A DNA stretch of 64,000 bases from Camelus ferus (taxonomy: Eukaryota), in contig NC_045696.1 in assembly GCF_009834535.1 (NCBI RefSeq), forward strand, positions 33,978,001 to 34,042,000, written 5' to 3'. Numbering within the stretch: position 1 is the stretch's first letter; each line of letters starts with the position of its first letter. The notes under the pieces were generated by a model that saw only the letters and a list, made by a program, of their open reading frames with translations, was not told the DNA's origin and ran no database searches. The position numbers and the translations under genes are program-made. This document shows positions 40,283 through 54,504 of this stretch, piece after piece.

Positions 40283-42117
40283 CTTTTCCCAGGGGTATTG
40301 CTTTATCAATCTGGACTGTCTTCCTTCTTCCCCAAACATCATCCATGCCCCAGAGGGGAAGCTGGTTCTTGGGTACAGACTGAAGACAAAAGAGAAATAG
40401 AAACTTTATTTGACAACTTCAGATTAAAGTGTCCCTCAAAGAAATAACACTACAATAAATTAAAAGGTACTAAGTGTCTTTTTGCTATTAATACAATGAC
40501 AAACTTATACATATGAGATTTTTTTTGAAACTTCTCATTAAATATGAAAAATAACATAAGAGAAGTACACGCCACCTAATTTTAAGAAACTGAATTTTTA
40601 AGTTTAAATTGAAAGAAGCATAGAAAACTAAACATGAGAATGAATGTATTACCAACTACTGATTCACACTCAATATAATTTTGAAAAACTATAAAGGCCA
40701 ATTGGCTTTTTACTATATTATAAATAAAAATGGTAAACTATTGAATAAAATTTTGGTAATTTGTAGAGAAGATGAAAATGAGGGATAGCATTTCTCTCTT
40801 GATTTCAATTTTCTCATGAAGAACATACATTTAGTAACCTCTTACTAGATGTCGACACTGTTCTAAGGCACTTTGCATGGTTATGTCAGCAAATCTCACA
40901 ATGTCTCTGTGAGATCTGCTCTGTTCTCACTAAGCTGGACTGTGTCAGAGCCTCTGACCTTAGCCATCCCACTCCAGAATCTGCACTGGTGCAAACTTTC
41001 CACACAAAGTATACTGGCATTATAAGAGAATGAAAAAAAATAATTTACTGTTCCAAGTTATCTTGAGACATTTCATAATATGAAATTTCAAAAAAAAATC
41101 TAATGAAACATGATCCTTGCTTACATGCATAAAATCTATGCCTGTCAGGTTACGGCTGGTCGCTATACCATCCCTAGTCTACATTCTAAAGATAGTATTG
41201 CATTCATTCATTTATCTTTAGAAACCATGATCATTGCGAAATAGTGATACTGATATTTATCTTCAAATCAATTGTTTGTAGTACATTTTTTTTCTATTCT
41301 AAAAGTGACATATTCTTCATTCTGAATTCTCTATCTTTGAATTTTTATTAGTCTTCTCTAGTGAGAGAAGAAGGTTAGAGGTAATCAAAAGTATTTCACT
41401 CTTGCAGAGTTCTTGTAATTTTTAGATTTCACATGTACAAAAAAGTATTTTTTTCAATGTGTTTATAAAGAGAATTTGCTAAGAAAATTAAATAGTCTAT
41501 AGGACATCAAATATTTTAAAAATTAAGCTAAATGATATTTAGGAGGAATAGCACTTGAAATCTGTCCCTAATAACCTTTTTTTTTTTTAAGTTATTGCCT
41601 GGAATAGCAACAAAGGACTTCCCCAGTAGTTTGCCATACTACCTGAAATTCTAAAATTACAATCTTAGACATAATTTCCTTAATAATTGTTCTAAAAATT
41701 TTAACTATTTGTGCTATAAGGTACAAACCAGACTTAAAATTGTGTAAAGCCTGTAAGTAGGTGTTCCCATTATAGTCTTCTCACTTGGTGATATAAACCA
41801 TAAACTATTAATTTATCAAATTTTAAATCAGTTTTTGTAAACAGTTTTAATTTTGCACAGTATTGATTTGTATAGCCCTATCATATTTTAGCCATTTCTT
41901 TATTGTTGGGTGTTTGTATTGCTTTTCACTTTTATAAATAACAATGCAGTTAACTCTGTCCAAAATCTTTGTTTTTAAAACATAATGCATTTTTACAATT
42001 TATCTGTAGGATTATTTTGAATATCACTCCCCCACTTAAAATAGATGTTACAAATGGGATTACTCATTCTGACTTATGAGATTTTTAAAGTTCTTGAAAA
42101 CATTCTCAAATTGCTCT

Positions 42118-43225
42118 AAAAAAAGATATTTTTTAAAGGAGTTTTAGGTTCACAGCCAAGTTGAGCAGAAAGTACTGAGGGTTCCTGTATGCACCGTGCC
42201 CCGGCACACGCACAGTCCTCCTCTCTGTCAACATCCTGTACCCGGGTGATACATTTGTTACAATTGATAAACCTATGATGATACATCATTATCACCCAAA
42301 GTCCATGGTTTACACTAGCATTCACTCCTTTGTAGATTCTACTGGTTTTTGACAAATGTATAACGACTTGTATTCACAATTGCAGTATCATACAGAATAG
42401 TTTCACTGCCCTAAAAATCCTCTCTGCTCTGCCTATTCTTTCTTCCCTCCCACCTACTCCTGATACCACTGATCTTTTCATTGTCTCCATAGTTTTGCCT
42501 TTTCCAGAATGTCTATAGTTGGAATCTCACAGTATGTAGCCTTTTCAGATTGGTTTCTTTCACTTGGTGATGTGCATTTAAGTGTCCTTTTTATGGCTTG
42601 GTAGCACCTTTCTTTTTAGCTCTGAATAATATTCCATTGTCTGAATGTACTACAGTTCATCCATTCAAGAACTGAAGGACATCTTGTTGCTTCTAAGTTT
42701 TGGTGATTGTGAATAAGTCTGCTGTAAACATCTGTGTGCAGGTTTTCATGTGGACATAAGTTTCAGCTCTTTAGGGTAAATACCAAGGAGTGAGACTGCT
42801 GGATCGTATGGTGAGAATATGTTTAGTACTGTAAGAAATTGCCAAACTCTATTCCAAAGTGTCTGTACCACATTGTGTTCTCACCAGCAATGAATGAGAC
42901 TTCTTGTTGCTCCACATCCTCGTCAGCATTTAGTGTCATCACTATTTTGGATTTTGGTCATTCAGGTAGGTATGCAGTGGTATTTCACTGTTGTATTAAT
43001 TTACTATTCTCTGAAGGCATATGATGTTGAGCATCTTTTCATATGTTTATTTGCCGTCTGTTTATCTTCTTCAGTAAATCGTTCAGATCATTTGTCCTTT
43101 TTAAAACTGGATTGTTATTTGTTCTTATTGTTGAATTTTAAGGGTTCTTTGCATGTTTCGGATAACAATCCCTCATCAGATACGTCTTTTGCATATACCT
43201 TCTCCCAGTCTCTGGCTTGTCTTCC
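42118..43225 (-). mobile_element. L1 (L1MA/MB-like) 3' fragment
   Basis: GTTTTAGGTTCACAGCCAAGTTGAGCAGAAAGTAC...GTTACAATTGATAAACCTA and antisense ORF2-end text. Confidence 0.85.
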
Positions 43226-44284
43226 AAGTTGCTTTCTCAAACAATTTGTTCTATTATGATTTGGTTTCAAATATCAGGAACAAATTGAGCAAAAGAATGG
43301 CTGTTTATTATTAGGAGATATGGAGGTTTCTTGGAACTCATGGAGGTCGGGCCATAGAGAGAGACTGAACAGGAAATGAAAGCCATCTGCCATGTCTCTC
43401 TGACCTTCTTATCTCCCTTTCTCTGTGTCTCTCACTTTTCTCTTTCTGTACAGCACAGCCTAGGTTGAGTCCATCCAGGGCCACCTCACAGATCTCCAGA
43501 TCGCACCTTAAGCTTTTAACCAAAGAGATTTCTTTGCTGTTTCTCAGTCTATATTTATGAGAGAAACAGGCTGATTGTCCATGACTTTTGTTGTGTTCCA
43601 GAAGCACAACATGGGTCCCCATGCTCACACTTGTGAATGAATTGGTTTGCCCTGGAAGTGTTCAGGCATTTGTAGACAATGAGGGATAGATTGTTATCCC
43701 TGGAGACACCCTTAAAATGTGACTAATTTGATTCCACAATTTCATAGTAGCACCAGTAGAGAAAACGTGATATTTTTGGTGCATTCTCAATGTTATTACT
43801 AAAGTTTAAATACTTAGCTTTATTAGTTTGTTAAGACAACAACATATTGTTAATTTACCTTGTATCTTTTATTTCTAATATGCTGTCTTTTCATGTTTAT
43901 ATTGCCTATTTGTATTTATTATTTCGTTAATTAACAGATACTATGTATTTACCTTTTACTTAATATCAATTAAATTTTATTATCAATTTGTATGTGCTTT
44001 TAAAATGTATTAAGAACATTAATTTTCATTGTTTTTATCACTTACTATTAAATTTTTAAAAATTTCTTGTCTTTTAAATTTGCTCTAGACATTGACATGT
44101 ATATTTTGTGCATGAACTAAATATGTTGATCTTTTCCCTCGTGCATTTCTTAATGATTTTGTTTTAAAATTCTCTTTTGCCTAGAAATTTTGTTTTTGTT
44201 GTTTTTTGTTATTTTTAGAGCCTTAAAAAATTCCTCCTAACCTTTTAAGCTGCTACATGCATTATGTTTCTAGAGTTAACTTAT

Positions 44285-45232
44285 TTAAAAATTTTTTCTT
44301 CCAGTTTTATTGAGATATAATTGACATATAGCACTGTATAAGTTTAAGGTATACAACACAATGATTTGACTTACACACATCATGAAATGATGACCATAAT
44401 AGGTTTACAGAACTTCCATCATCTCATATAGATACATTAAAGAAATAGAAAAACAAATTTTTTCCTTGTGATGAGAATTCTTAGGATTTACTCTGCATAT
44501 AATGTACAGCAGTGTTAATTTTTATAATGTTGTATATTACATCCCTAGTATTTATTTATCTTGTAACTGGAAGTTTGTACCTTTCGACTATCTTCATCTA
44601 ATTCCTCTTTCCCCTAACCGACACCTCTGGTAGCCACAAATCTGATCTCTTTTCTATAAGTCTATTTCTTTTTGAAGTGTAATTGACCTACAACACTATG
44701 TTAGTTCATGGTACACAACATAGTGATTTGATATTTCTATACATTCCAAACTGATCACTATGGTAAGTCTAGTTGTCATCTGTAACCATACAAAGATGTT
44801 ACATAATTATTGACTATATTCCCCATACTATATATTTCATATCTGTGACTCATTTATTTTGTAACTGAAACTTTGTACCTCCTAATCTCCCTCACCTATT
44901 TCTCCCCTCCTTTCATCTCCCTTCCCTCTGGCAACCACTGGTTTATTCTCTGTATCTATGACTCTGTTTCTCTTTAGTCAAGTTTGTTCATTTATTTTGT
45001 TTTCTAGATTCCACATATAAATTAAATCAAAAGTATTTGTCTGTCTCTGTCTGACTTATTTCACTTAGCTTAATACTCTTTTGGTACATTCATGTTGTCA
45101 CAAATGGCAAGATTTCATTCTTTTTTATGGCTGAGTAGTATTCCACTGTATATATATACATTTTATGCATTCATCTATTGATGGGCACTTAATTTGTTTT
45201 CATGTCTTGGATGCTATAAATGATGCTGCAAT
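44285..45232 (-). mobile_element. L1 3' fragment
   Basis: TTTTATTGAGATATAATTGACATATAGCACTGTATAAGTTTAAGG...CAAATGGCAAGATTTCATTCTTTTTTATGGCTGAGTAGTATTCC. Confidence 0.85.
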
Positions 45233-45619
45233 TGAGTTCATTTATAATTACTTAGATACTAATGAAAATTATAGCATAATTTGAAAACTATCAGATAAAT
45301 AAGAAGAAAAAACTTGCTTCAAGCTAAGGTAATAAAAGAAAATACAGCAGGGGTCTTGGTCAGGCATATTTGTTAGTCTGGTTCACTCACTGTAGCTTCT
45401 CTTCAATTAAGCAAATAATTATTTTTTAAAAATACACTGAGTTTAGACAGAATGATCACATTTTGACAAAAATATATAAGCCCAGAAAAAAATATTATAC
45501 TATTAGGAAATAAGACTCAAGTCTATTTATCTCCAGGTAGTAGAATTGAATTTTTTTCCCTTTTTCACATTTTGTTTTCTAATTTTTCTATACTTTTTGC
45601 ATGAGTTGAGAAGTATAGT

Positions 45620-46060
45620 AATAGTTCAGCATGTAGCTAGATTTTGGATCTAAACTGTTTGGACTTGAACTCAATCTTGACACCTTAATAACTATGTAAT
45701 GATGGGCAAGTAACTTCACCTTAAAGTGTCTCAGTTTACTTTTTCTGCAAAATGGTGATAATACTAATACTCATTTTATTTAGAACAATGCCTGGCATGT
45801 ATAAGTGCTCAATAAATGTGAACAATTTTATCACAAATAAATTTTAAACAATAAATATTTATGCTTACTATGTGCTTTATGTATATTACTTCATTTGATT
45901 CTCATCTTAATCCAGTAAGGTTGACACCGTTTTACAGACTGGGAAATTGAGGAATAGAGAGGTCAGAGACTTACCAAAACCATACAGTAAGTAGTGGAAC
46001 TGGTATAGGAATCCAGTTCATTTAAATCCATTCATTTAAAGCCTGAACAAGCTACAGAAT
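45620..46060. mobile_element. Two MIR fragments in opposite orientation
   Basis: GGGCAAGTAACTTCACC...CTCAGTTT...TGCAAAATGG (+) and TTTTACAGACTGGGAAATTGAGG (-). Confidence 0.65.
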
Positions 46061-47992
46061 ACTGCCTTTTGTTATATGCAAAAAAGGTATAATGATATTG
46101 AGATTTCTCTAACTCTGGTTCCCTATCTCTGTGTATGATTTCTATATTTAGACTTTTTGTTTATTTCATGACTTCAGGGAGAAAACATGGAAAAAGAGCT
46201 AATTCTCTACAAGGTATAGTGTTCTCAGCTTTTCAGCATGTGGATCTTTATATAAACCTGTATTAGTACCCAGGTATTCTACATGAATAATATAGATATT
46301 ATTTCTTGTAGGGTAATGGACTGGCACTGCTGAATAATTTAACTCTATTCAATAATGTGTTCAATTGATATTAACAATTCTTTCATTACCAACTTGTAAT
46401 TCAGATCACTTTGAACTGATTAGAATTTGTGAATATTTTATATGTTTTATATATATAATATATACAGAGAGAGATTAAGAGGGGGAGAGAGAGAGAAGGA
46501 ATTAAGATGGGGGAGTCCCATCAGGATATGAAAATGAATCTAAATTAATTTATTCAGTTTATCTAAGTGACAATAAAATTTAGTATTCCCACAACTCATA
46601 ACTTTTGAAAAGATGATAAATTTTACTCAAAGCAGTTTTTAAAGAAGAGATTATACAGCCATATGGCTTGAAAAGAAACTCTGTTACATTCGAAACAGAC
46701 GTTATTCAAAACACACATCAGTCGTGCATTTATATTTGGCTCTTTATTGATTATGAAAGTAGCAGTGAATGTGTATATTATGCAGTTTATTCTTCCTTAA
46801 ATTCTTTCATGTCCAGAAATCAAGGTTCTTTATTGCCCAAGGAAGAGATAATTTCAATGACTTGCAACCTTGCTGAAGATGTATGCTTTCTTAATGCTGT
46901 CTAAAGGGTAAACTTGTTACTTATGGAAAATAAACGTCAAGGTGAGACACTGACTTAGGAATGATGCTTGCCCACAAGGACCATATCGCTGTTGTACTAC
47001 ACTTCATAGGTAGATTTATTATTTGCCTCACTCACTTAAATAGAATAAGTCTTGTCTAAATAATGAGCTGCTGCGCTTGAATTAATTTAGTTGGAAAACC
47101 TCTTTGCTCTGGGTTTCATTTACAACATTAATACATGATACATAGAGGTATGTTTTGGAGTGCGTAAATCTTTCACAAGAGATGTTTGCTATTTGAAACT
47201 AAATTAGAAGTTATATTGTTATTCCTTATACTAATGGTGTTAAAAAAAAAAAAAAGATTAGCTCCTTAGTAGTCTTATTGGGTGACACAAGGATATCATA
47301 TGGTGTAACAAGAAATGTACACAGAACACAGCAAATTAATTGATACTGTGCCGAGTGAGTCTGACTTCTTTTTTCATTAGGCATCTCTGAAGATGAAAGA
47401 AGCAGAATGCTTTCCTTAGCCACTGCAGTGAGATTATTTAATTATAATCATCTGGCTGTGGCTTAGTTCATGACACAAGATAATCTAACATAGGGGTTGC
47501 AGAAGGGGGACAAGGTAAACAGGGGTGCAAAGTAGGAGAAAGAAAGGTGTTTTGTTTCCTCTGATAGAGATCAAAAGCTATGTTTGATTATTTGGGATTG
47601 CCTCAGTGTTTTGCGTTGTTTTTTGAGGGGGGCTGGAATACGTCAACTAAAAAATTCAGTCATTTATATGTAATTCATAATGTTTGCTAAAAAAAAATTC
47701 ACTGAACTTAGTGTGGTCATCATTTCATAATGTATATAAATAGTCAAATCATTATACAGTACATTTTAGACATATAGAGTGCTGTATGTCAATTACATCT
47801 CAATAAAACTGGAAGAAAAAAATTTCACAAGAGCGAAGGTAAGCAAGACATTACAGATCACAATGAAGAATTAGGAGGATTTCCGAAGACAAAAGCATAT
47901 TATGCATACTACATTCTGCTTTAAGACTACCTATCCTGAAATATTATCTGTACCATTTGTCTCCTCTTCTGCTTTCTTCTGCTTATCCTTAT

Positions 47993-48046
47993 TTTTGTTT
48001 TGTTTTGTTTTGCTTTGTTTTGTTTTGGTTTGGTTTGGTTTGGTTT
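47993..48046. repeat. (TTTTG/TTTGG)n pentanucleotide repeat
   Basis: Visible directly in the sequence. Confidence 0.9.
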
Positions 48047-50029
48047 ACTACCACGCTTATACTGCTTTCATATTTCCTACTTGTATGGCAGGAATGTCAT
48101 GAGCAGATGAAGTGGTTTTAAATTTCTGTGTGATCATCTGAGGAACAGAAGATGTACAAACCTAAACTTTCATAAATCTGTACTTTTTGGAATCAGATGT
48201 GGCTAAATTTTTCTCAATTAATGACTTAAATGGGGAAAAAAATTGAATGGTTTGATGAATGTAGGAGAGTTATGTAGCAGCAAAACTAATTTTATTGAAA
48301 AATCCCAGTGCCTGAGGGGGACATTATTTAAGAACAGGTCTGAAGGCTGTTCTTGGCACATAGACACACAAGACTATTTGGTACCCAATTATTAGAAAAT
48401 AACATTCTGTTTTTGTAAATAATAAGACTTTTTCCTAATTCAAATTCAGATTCAATTATTGTTTATTGAACATCTACTTTCTGACTCATTTGTGCTGTTT
48501 TGAAATATATTATGTTATCCCATCATATGTTATTTAAAGGAGTTTAATTTTAATGATATCCAAGTGATTTTATGCTAATCTCTGTTCTGTATTTTCCCAA
48601 CATTGTTATATATATATAGATAGTAAATATAAATTTGTTATTTACATTTCTTTAGTTGAAAATACTTCCTTTACATTTTTTGTAGGTTGCCATCACAGAA
48701 TATACAAATATTCTGACTTGTAGTTACTTTGAAAACCTTAATCTCTCCATATATATTTTCATCAAGTACTAGAACTCTTTCAGTGTAGTAACTGAACGAG
48801 TCTGCGGAGGTAAGTTCAAGTTTAATTCTTTATTAGATGTCTTATTAAGCAAGGAAGAGGCATTTGTCTCTGCAGGGGAAAATGGAGAGAACAGATTAAG
48901 ACAATTTATAGAATGCTCTCTTATGCCCGGAACAATAGCAATTAACCATATGTGTGTGTGTGTGTTGTCTATGTATGTGTGTATGTGTATACATATATTT
49001 ATGAATAATTAGCTCTCTAGATCTTAGGTCTCTGAATAAAAATGAGAGTAATTACATTACTCTTGACAGGAGCCTAGAAGTTTAATTAAGAAAAATTGAG
49101 GGGTTCAATAAAGGGCAAATAAAATTAGAATTTCTTTCACTGAGACACCTGCCTTGCACCAGATTGATTCTGCAAATGAAAACCACTCTGTTGTACATTA
49201 AAGAAAGGAACTACCTCTGAGGATAAAGCTGTTCTTCCCACGGTTCTCAGAGAACACGTAGAGTGTAAACAAAGTGTTTTGACAGAATTTTTTAAAACTA
49301 GATTAGCTAAATTTTGAATTTTAAATAATGATAAATAATGAATTTTAATAAAACAATAACTGACCTGGAGATGTTTATAACAATAAAGTTGAACACATAA
49401 AATAAATAAAACCAATAAATGTCACAAAACCAATGACACTGATACTCTTAGGCTACTCTGGGAAAATAAAAATTAAAAAGTAAGTTTTAATGATGTCATC
49501 GATGAAACTGAATATGATCAGAATCACCTAATTACTTCACTTTAAATGAAATAAAATTATTTAAAAATATATTACATATTAAACTGAATGATTATTATAT
49601 TTCTAATGAAAAATTGAATCAGTGATTCAAAAATTATGAATGAAGAGATTAAAATATTGATAATAGTTACTAAGTGAAAATAGCACATGACAATTATTTT
49701 GCACAATACATTTCCCTTTAATGAACAAACATGCTGACTAGTTGGTACACAGTGAAATAAACATGTTTCTTACTTGTCCTACTTTAACTCTACATATTTT
49801 CCATGAAAATAGATTGGAGAAAGTGAGGGAAAAAGTGAAGGGTATGGAAAGGAACAGGGAGTTAGGGGAAGGGAGATGGAGGCACTGGAGAGGATTAATG
49901 ATACACCATGTGTTTAAAAGGCCCATTGAGAATCTCGAGTAATGGTAGATAGGAACCGATGCATGGAACATATAGAGCTGGGAACTCTGGTCATGTTTCA
50001 CATGTGACAGTCATAAAAGAAAAATATAA

Positions 50030-50480
50030 TACATCGTATGATTCAGTTAATTAGGATATAGTTACCACAATGTAAAATATTACAAATAATTTTGTCTTTT
50101 AAAATTCTTCTTCTTAGTCTATCCTCCATTTGTGCTTGGTATCCATAACTGGAGAAAAAAATTTAGGGTTATACGAAGGATGAAAATAGGAGTAGAAAAT
50201 GTTCCTAGAATTAGCCAATTACGCAAGTTTGTAAAGCCGGCTACAGAATTCCAGTTTAAAAATGATTAGTAATGAGAACAAAAGTTCTTCAGAGTTCATG
50301 GAAGCTTTGTAATATTTTAATTGCCCCTTTTATATTGAAGAACAAAGTACAAATCATACAGGTATTGAGAAACGATGACCTAATGGAGATTAACATGTAA
50401 GCACTGAGAGAATCCATTTCATTTTTATTCATACCTGAACTTTGGACACATACTTCTGTTTAATGAATATTGGTGCACCA
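50030..50480. promoter_or_regulatory. Probable POU1F1 distal (-10 kb) autoregulatory / nuclear-receptor enhancer
   Basis: DR4 AGTTCT-tcag-AGTTCA at 50283-50298; TGACCT half-site 50376-50381; Pit-1-type sites at 50140, 50388, 50426 and 50463; about 10.1 kb upstream of the inferred TSS. Confidence 0.6.
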
Positions 50481-53400
50481 GGCAGCAAAACATCATCTGT
50501 TCCAACAGAGTTGGGAGTTTAAGGTTTCATTTTTTTTATCAAACATCTTGCAAACCAAGTGATTTCATCAACATATTCAAATCAATACCCATCACCTGTG
50601 AAAGGTCACTTGTAACACTCTGAAACATAAGACAGAGAAGGTAAGATTTTACCCTAAAAATATTATAATGGAATTGTTTTCTGAAAAAATACCTTTTTGA
50701 TATTTTATATTTATAATAATTTGTCAAACTCTCTAATAATTTCAGAATCATTTATACAAGTATCAATGTGAGAATTTTGTTTTTGATGTAGGTGCCTTAA
50801 CAAATTAGTAGGAAAAGAGTGTTATTTAATAAATGATCCTGTGACACTTGGCTCACTTTTGAAAAATACATTGGAAAAAAAGTTTCATTTCAGAGCAGAT
50901 ATCAAATAAGTACACATGGATTAAAGTCTCTATTATTTTTAAAAATGCATTCTTACAAGTAGAATTTATAGGTGATTATTTAATCTCCTGATGGAAAATT
51001 TAAAGAAATAATAAAAGAATTTTAAAAGAAAAGACATTCAGATTTAGCTATACTAACATGTAAGAAGGTCAATACATCAAAATCATCATAAATATGCTAC
51101 TTTTAATATTTTCAGCTCTGGAAAAATGGCACTCATATAATCATGAAAACTTTCTGCCACAAATGGAAATGCTACTAAAAATAGTTTAAAAAAAAAAGCT
51201 CAAGAAAGAGAGAAAGAGAAAAGACAGGAAGGGAGGGAGGGAGAGAGGAAGAAAGGAAGAAAGAAAAAAAGAGAAATCTCCAGATAATAAAAACGAGCAG
51301 TGCTAAATACATGGATGAATCCATACCAGACCTGTGTTGCTGGTATGGTAAAGTGAATGTTTGGCTTAGTAATAGTCAGGACCTTGGATTTAGTGGCCTC
51401 ACAAAACTATATATATTCACACCATCAACAGAAGGTTTAGCTATCCAAAGAAATATTGAAGTTCAATTAAAGAAAAATATAAAAACATTGGACAGGAAAA
51501 ATCAAGAGTTATCCAACTGGATCATTTAGTAATAGAGTGAGAGATCAGAAACTGGAAGCTGCAACTCAGATTTTAAAAGAAATTTGGAGTAGAGGAAAGT
51601 AAAGAAATTGAGTGGTCCTTGGTGTAGGTAGGGACACCCATAGAACACAAGCCTTATAGAGGCAGCTCCGGACGTGAGTCTAGGAATCTTTCGACAGTTC
51701 CAGTTCCCTGTTTCCTTTCCTCTCTAGTCTCACCACAAGGACCCAGCTCCCCACTGTGCATTTGAAGGTGTCATGGTCTGTGAGGCACTTACCCGCTACA
51801 TCTGGGGGGTGGGGGGACAACAGTACCTATGACATTGGGAATGGAGCATCTAGAAGGCAAAGCAAGTTCTCTCAAGAACAACAACCATCCATCAGAGCAT
51901 AATTTCAACAAGTATTTATTCTAAAAGGCTTCCCTCTCTATCCACACCACCTACCAGAGGTGAAGTTGGGAAACAATGATTGTGGTGAAGAGATCTGAGA
52001 TTTTGGCCCTATCCATGTTGTAGAGAACAAGAGATCAAACACAATAGGTCCAGAGAGGTTAATCAGTTTCATCAAGTTTTCACAGCGAGGAAGTGGCAGG
52101 CCTGGAATTACCACTGAAGTGTCTGAACTCTAAAGCTGGTGTACTTTCTTCCTCAGGATGAGACTTAGAGGACCAAGCAATTTGGAAGAAACTGTTTTCC
52201 ACCAGCTCTACTTTAAAATGAAGAATCACGATTGGACATAATTTCTTCCCATGAGTCTCTGTGAAACAATTTCAAAATACTGTGTATATGTGTATTTCCA
52301 TTCAGAAATTCAGCTGTACCGGAAAGACTCTATTTGTTAATGTCTGTAAGCCATGCCCTATTAAATCCAAAGACCTCATCTCATAAGGCTGGTGGGAAAT
52401 TTAACGTAAGACCTTGGAAATCTCCACCCCTACTCTTTTTCAGGGGTCTTTAGTCCCTGAAGATGTGATCATCTGGTCACACTTGTTACTGTTTAGATAC
52501 CTTTCGTTCCAACCTACATGGTTACTTCAAGCCTCCGTTGTTACACTTCGGCCATACTTGAGACACAGAAATCTTTGGTGCAGAGCTCTGGGTGTAAATT
52601 AAACCTCCTCAAGAACTTATGTCTATTATTTTTTCCTGGGGTCCTCGGGTCCTGCTGGGGAGGTATCTGCAAGTCCCTTCATCAATACCAATACCACTCC
52701 ATTCTCTCGCCTGAAGAGTTTGAAGGCTTACATCTCTTTTCCCTCAAGTGTTTAGACTTTTGGAAACATAACCCAGAAAGCCTTACCATAAAAGTCATGG
52801 AAGTACTTGAAGAGATGGAAAGAAAATTCAGTAAGAAAAGACGGAAAATGTAAGGAGAAAAAATGTAAGCTAACTTCTTTAAAAAATATTTCACCCTAAA
52901 TTCTAAGACTTATTTAAAGGAGATTGTGAAAAGAAAATATGAAAATATTGTTCAAGTTGACGTCATTATGAAAATTATTTATGGAGAGTTTGTGGCTGGA
53001 GCCCAGCGTTGAAGAATGAGCAGTAATTGAACTGGAGGAAAGGCGATCGGCTAGCAGAACACTAAGACCAAATGAGAAAAGCTGCAGAGGGTGTTGGAGG
53101 AAATGCAGGACCCACTCAGTTGTGATGACCTTCCCCTCTGTCTTTGTGGCCACTTGGGCAACATCCTAATTACACTACCATTTTCAAATACTGACTCTTT
53201 TCAAAAAAATCCAAATGGACCTTTATCCAAGTAAATCAATAAAGAAATAATCTGGAATGTAGAGAGGAGCTGGAGCTTTTGAGTAATTTTTTAAAAAACT
53301 AAAAAGAATATTACTATCATAATCATTTTAAAATCTCTTCATACATACTTCTTTTCAGAAAAATGGGTTTTCTACATTTGCTAAATGACACCTTTGAGAT

Positions 53401-54504
53401 AAGTAAGAATCATGTCTATTTCCATTTACTCCCTGGTCTCATCCATCACATTTGTAGCAGCTAGATCGTGGCATAAGTACGTCTGTTGGTTTTAAATGGT
53501 CATTTGCAATGCTGTATTATCCCATCTACTGAAAGCATAGCTTAGAGAAAGAACATCACACTTTCTTCAATTAATATTTAGTATTAAAATTGAAAAGATA
53601 TTTAAAAATGAAATGAATAATTTCATGGGAAGTTTATTAAAAAAAATAAAACTTAACCCCTTTGGCTAGAAGGAAATCAGACTTCTTATGAAGATAGAAA
53701 ATAAATCATAATGCTTTATGAAAGTACCAAGAATGAGATACATTCATTAAAAAATAGAAGTAACCAAAATAGATGTGACAAAAAGAGGCAAATCTTTATA
53801 AAATAATGTTGCATATTTTCTCTTCCCATGAACTTAAGATTTACTAAATTACACAATCCAATTCTGGTAATTAATACAGGAGTCTTGGTACAGATGAGGA
53901 AATCAAGTTCAAAAATTTAATCAGTGACAAAAATAGAATAAGTAAATCATCATAATGCACTAAATAATTAAATTTCTGACACAAAGTCAATATCAGGACA
54001 AGTGCTACATGAAGGCTACTTAATGGCTGCTTACATGGTGTTACTGATCACACCTTTCTTACTCCCTGATAACCATCTCTACTGATAAGTCTTTGATGAT
54101 AACCACTTGTTATCCCTTTATTAAAATAGTCCCCTTCTGTTATGATTAAGGCGATCATATAATTTATCTTCCAAATATAGACAGACTTTAGAAACAAGTG
54201 AGTTCTATTACAAATTATACTAGGTAACAGATGTAAACTGGGTAAACTGGGATATAAGGCTCAGTGTGATGCATCACTGGCATGGTTGAGGAGACATATT
54301 ATGGACCCATGCAATCATAACTTATCAGATTTATATAGATCAGAACCCCAAGTGAACATATAATAGCATACATTGACTTGGACTTTAGGATTGGATAGTA
54401 GGAACACTTACTTTGGGCATCATTCAAAGATCTTGGAAAAGTAATAGAGAAAAATGGTAATAAAGAGAAATTAATTCCATTAGCGACTGTGATGGTCACT
54501 CACT

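Noticed and set aside
46500..47450. PROP1-type early enhancer sites 6-7 kb upstream of POU1F1
   Set aside because: TAAT/ATTA clusters exist (e.g. TGAATTAATTTAG near 47078), but I found no clean TAATnnnATTA palindrome and the DNA is too AT-rich to call by eye. Needs cross-species alignment.
49001..53620. Isolated ATGAATAA Pit-1-like sites at 49001 and 53613
   Set aside because: Expected by chance in AT-rich DNA, with no supporting motifs nearby.
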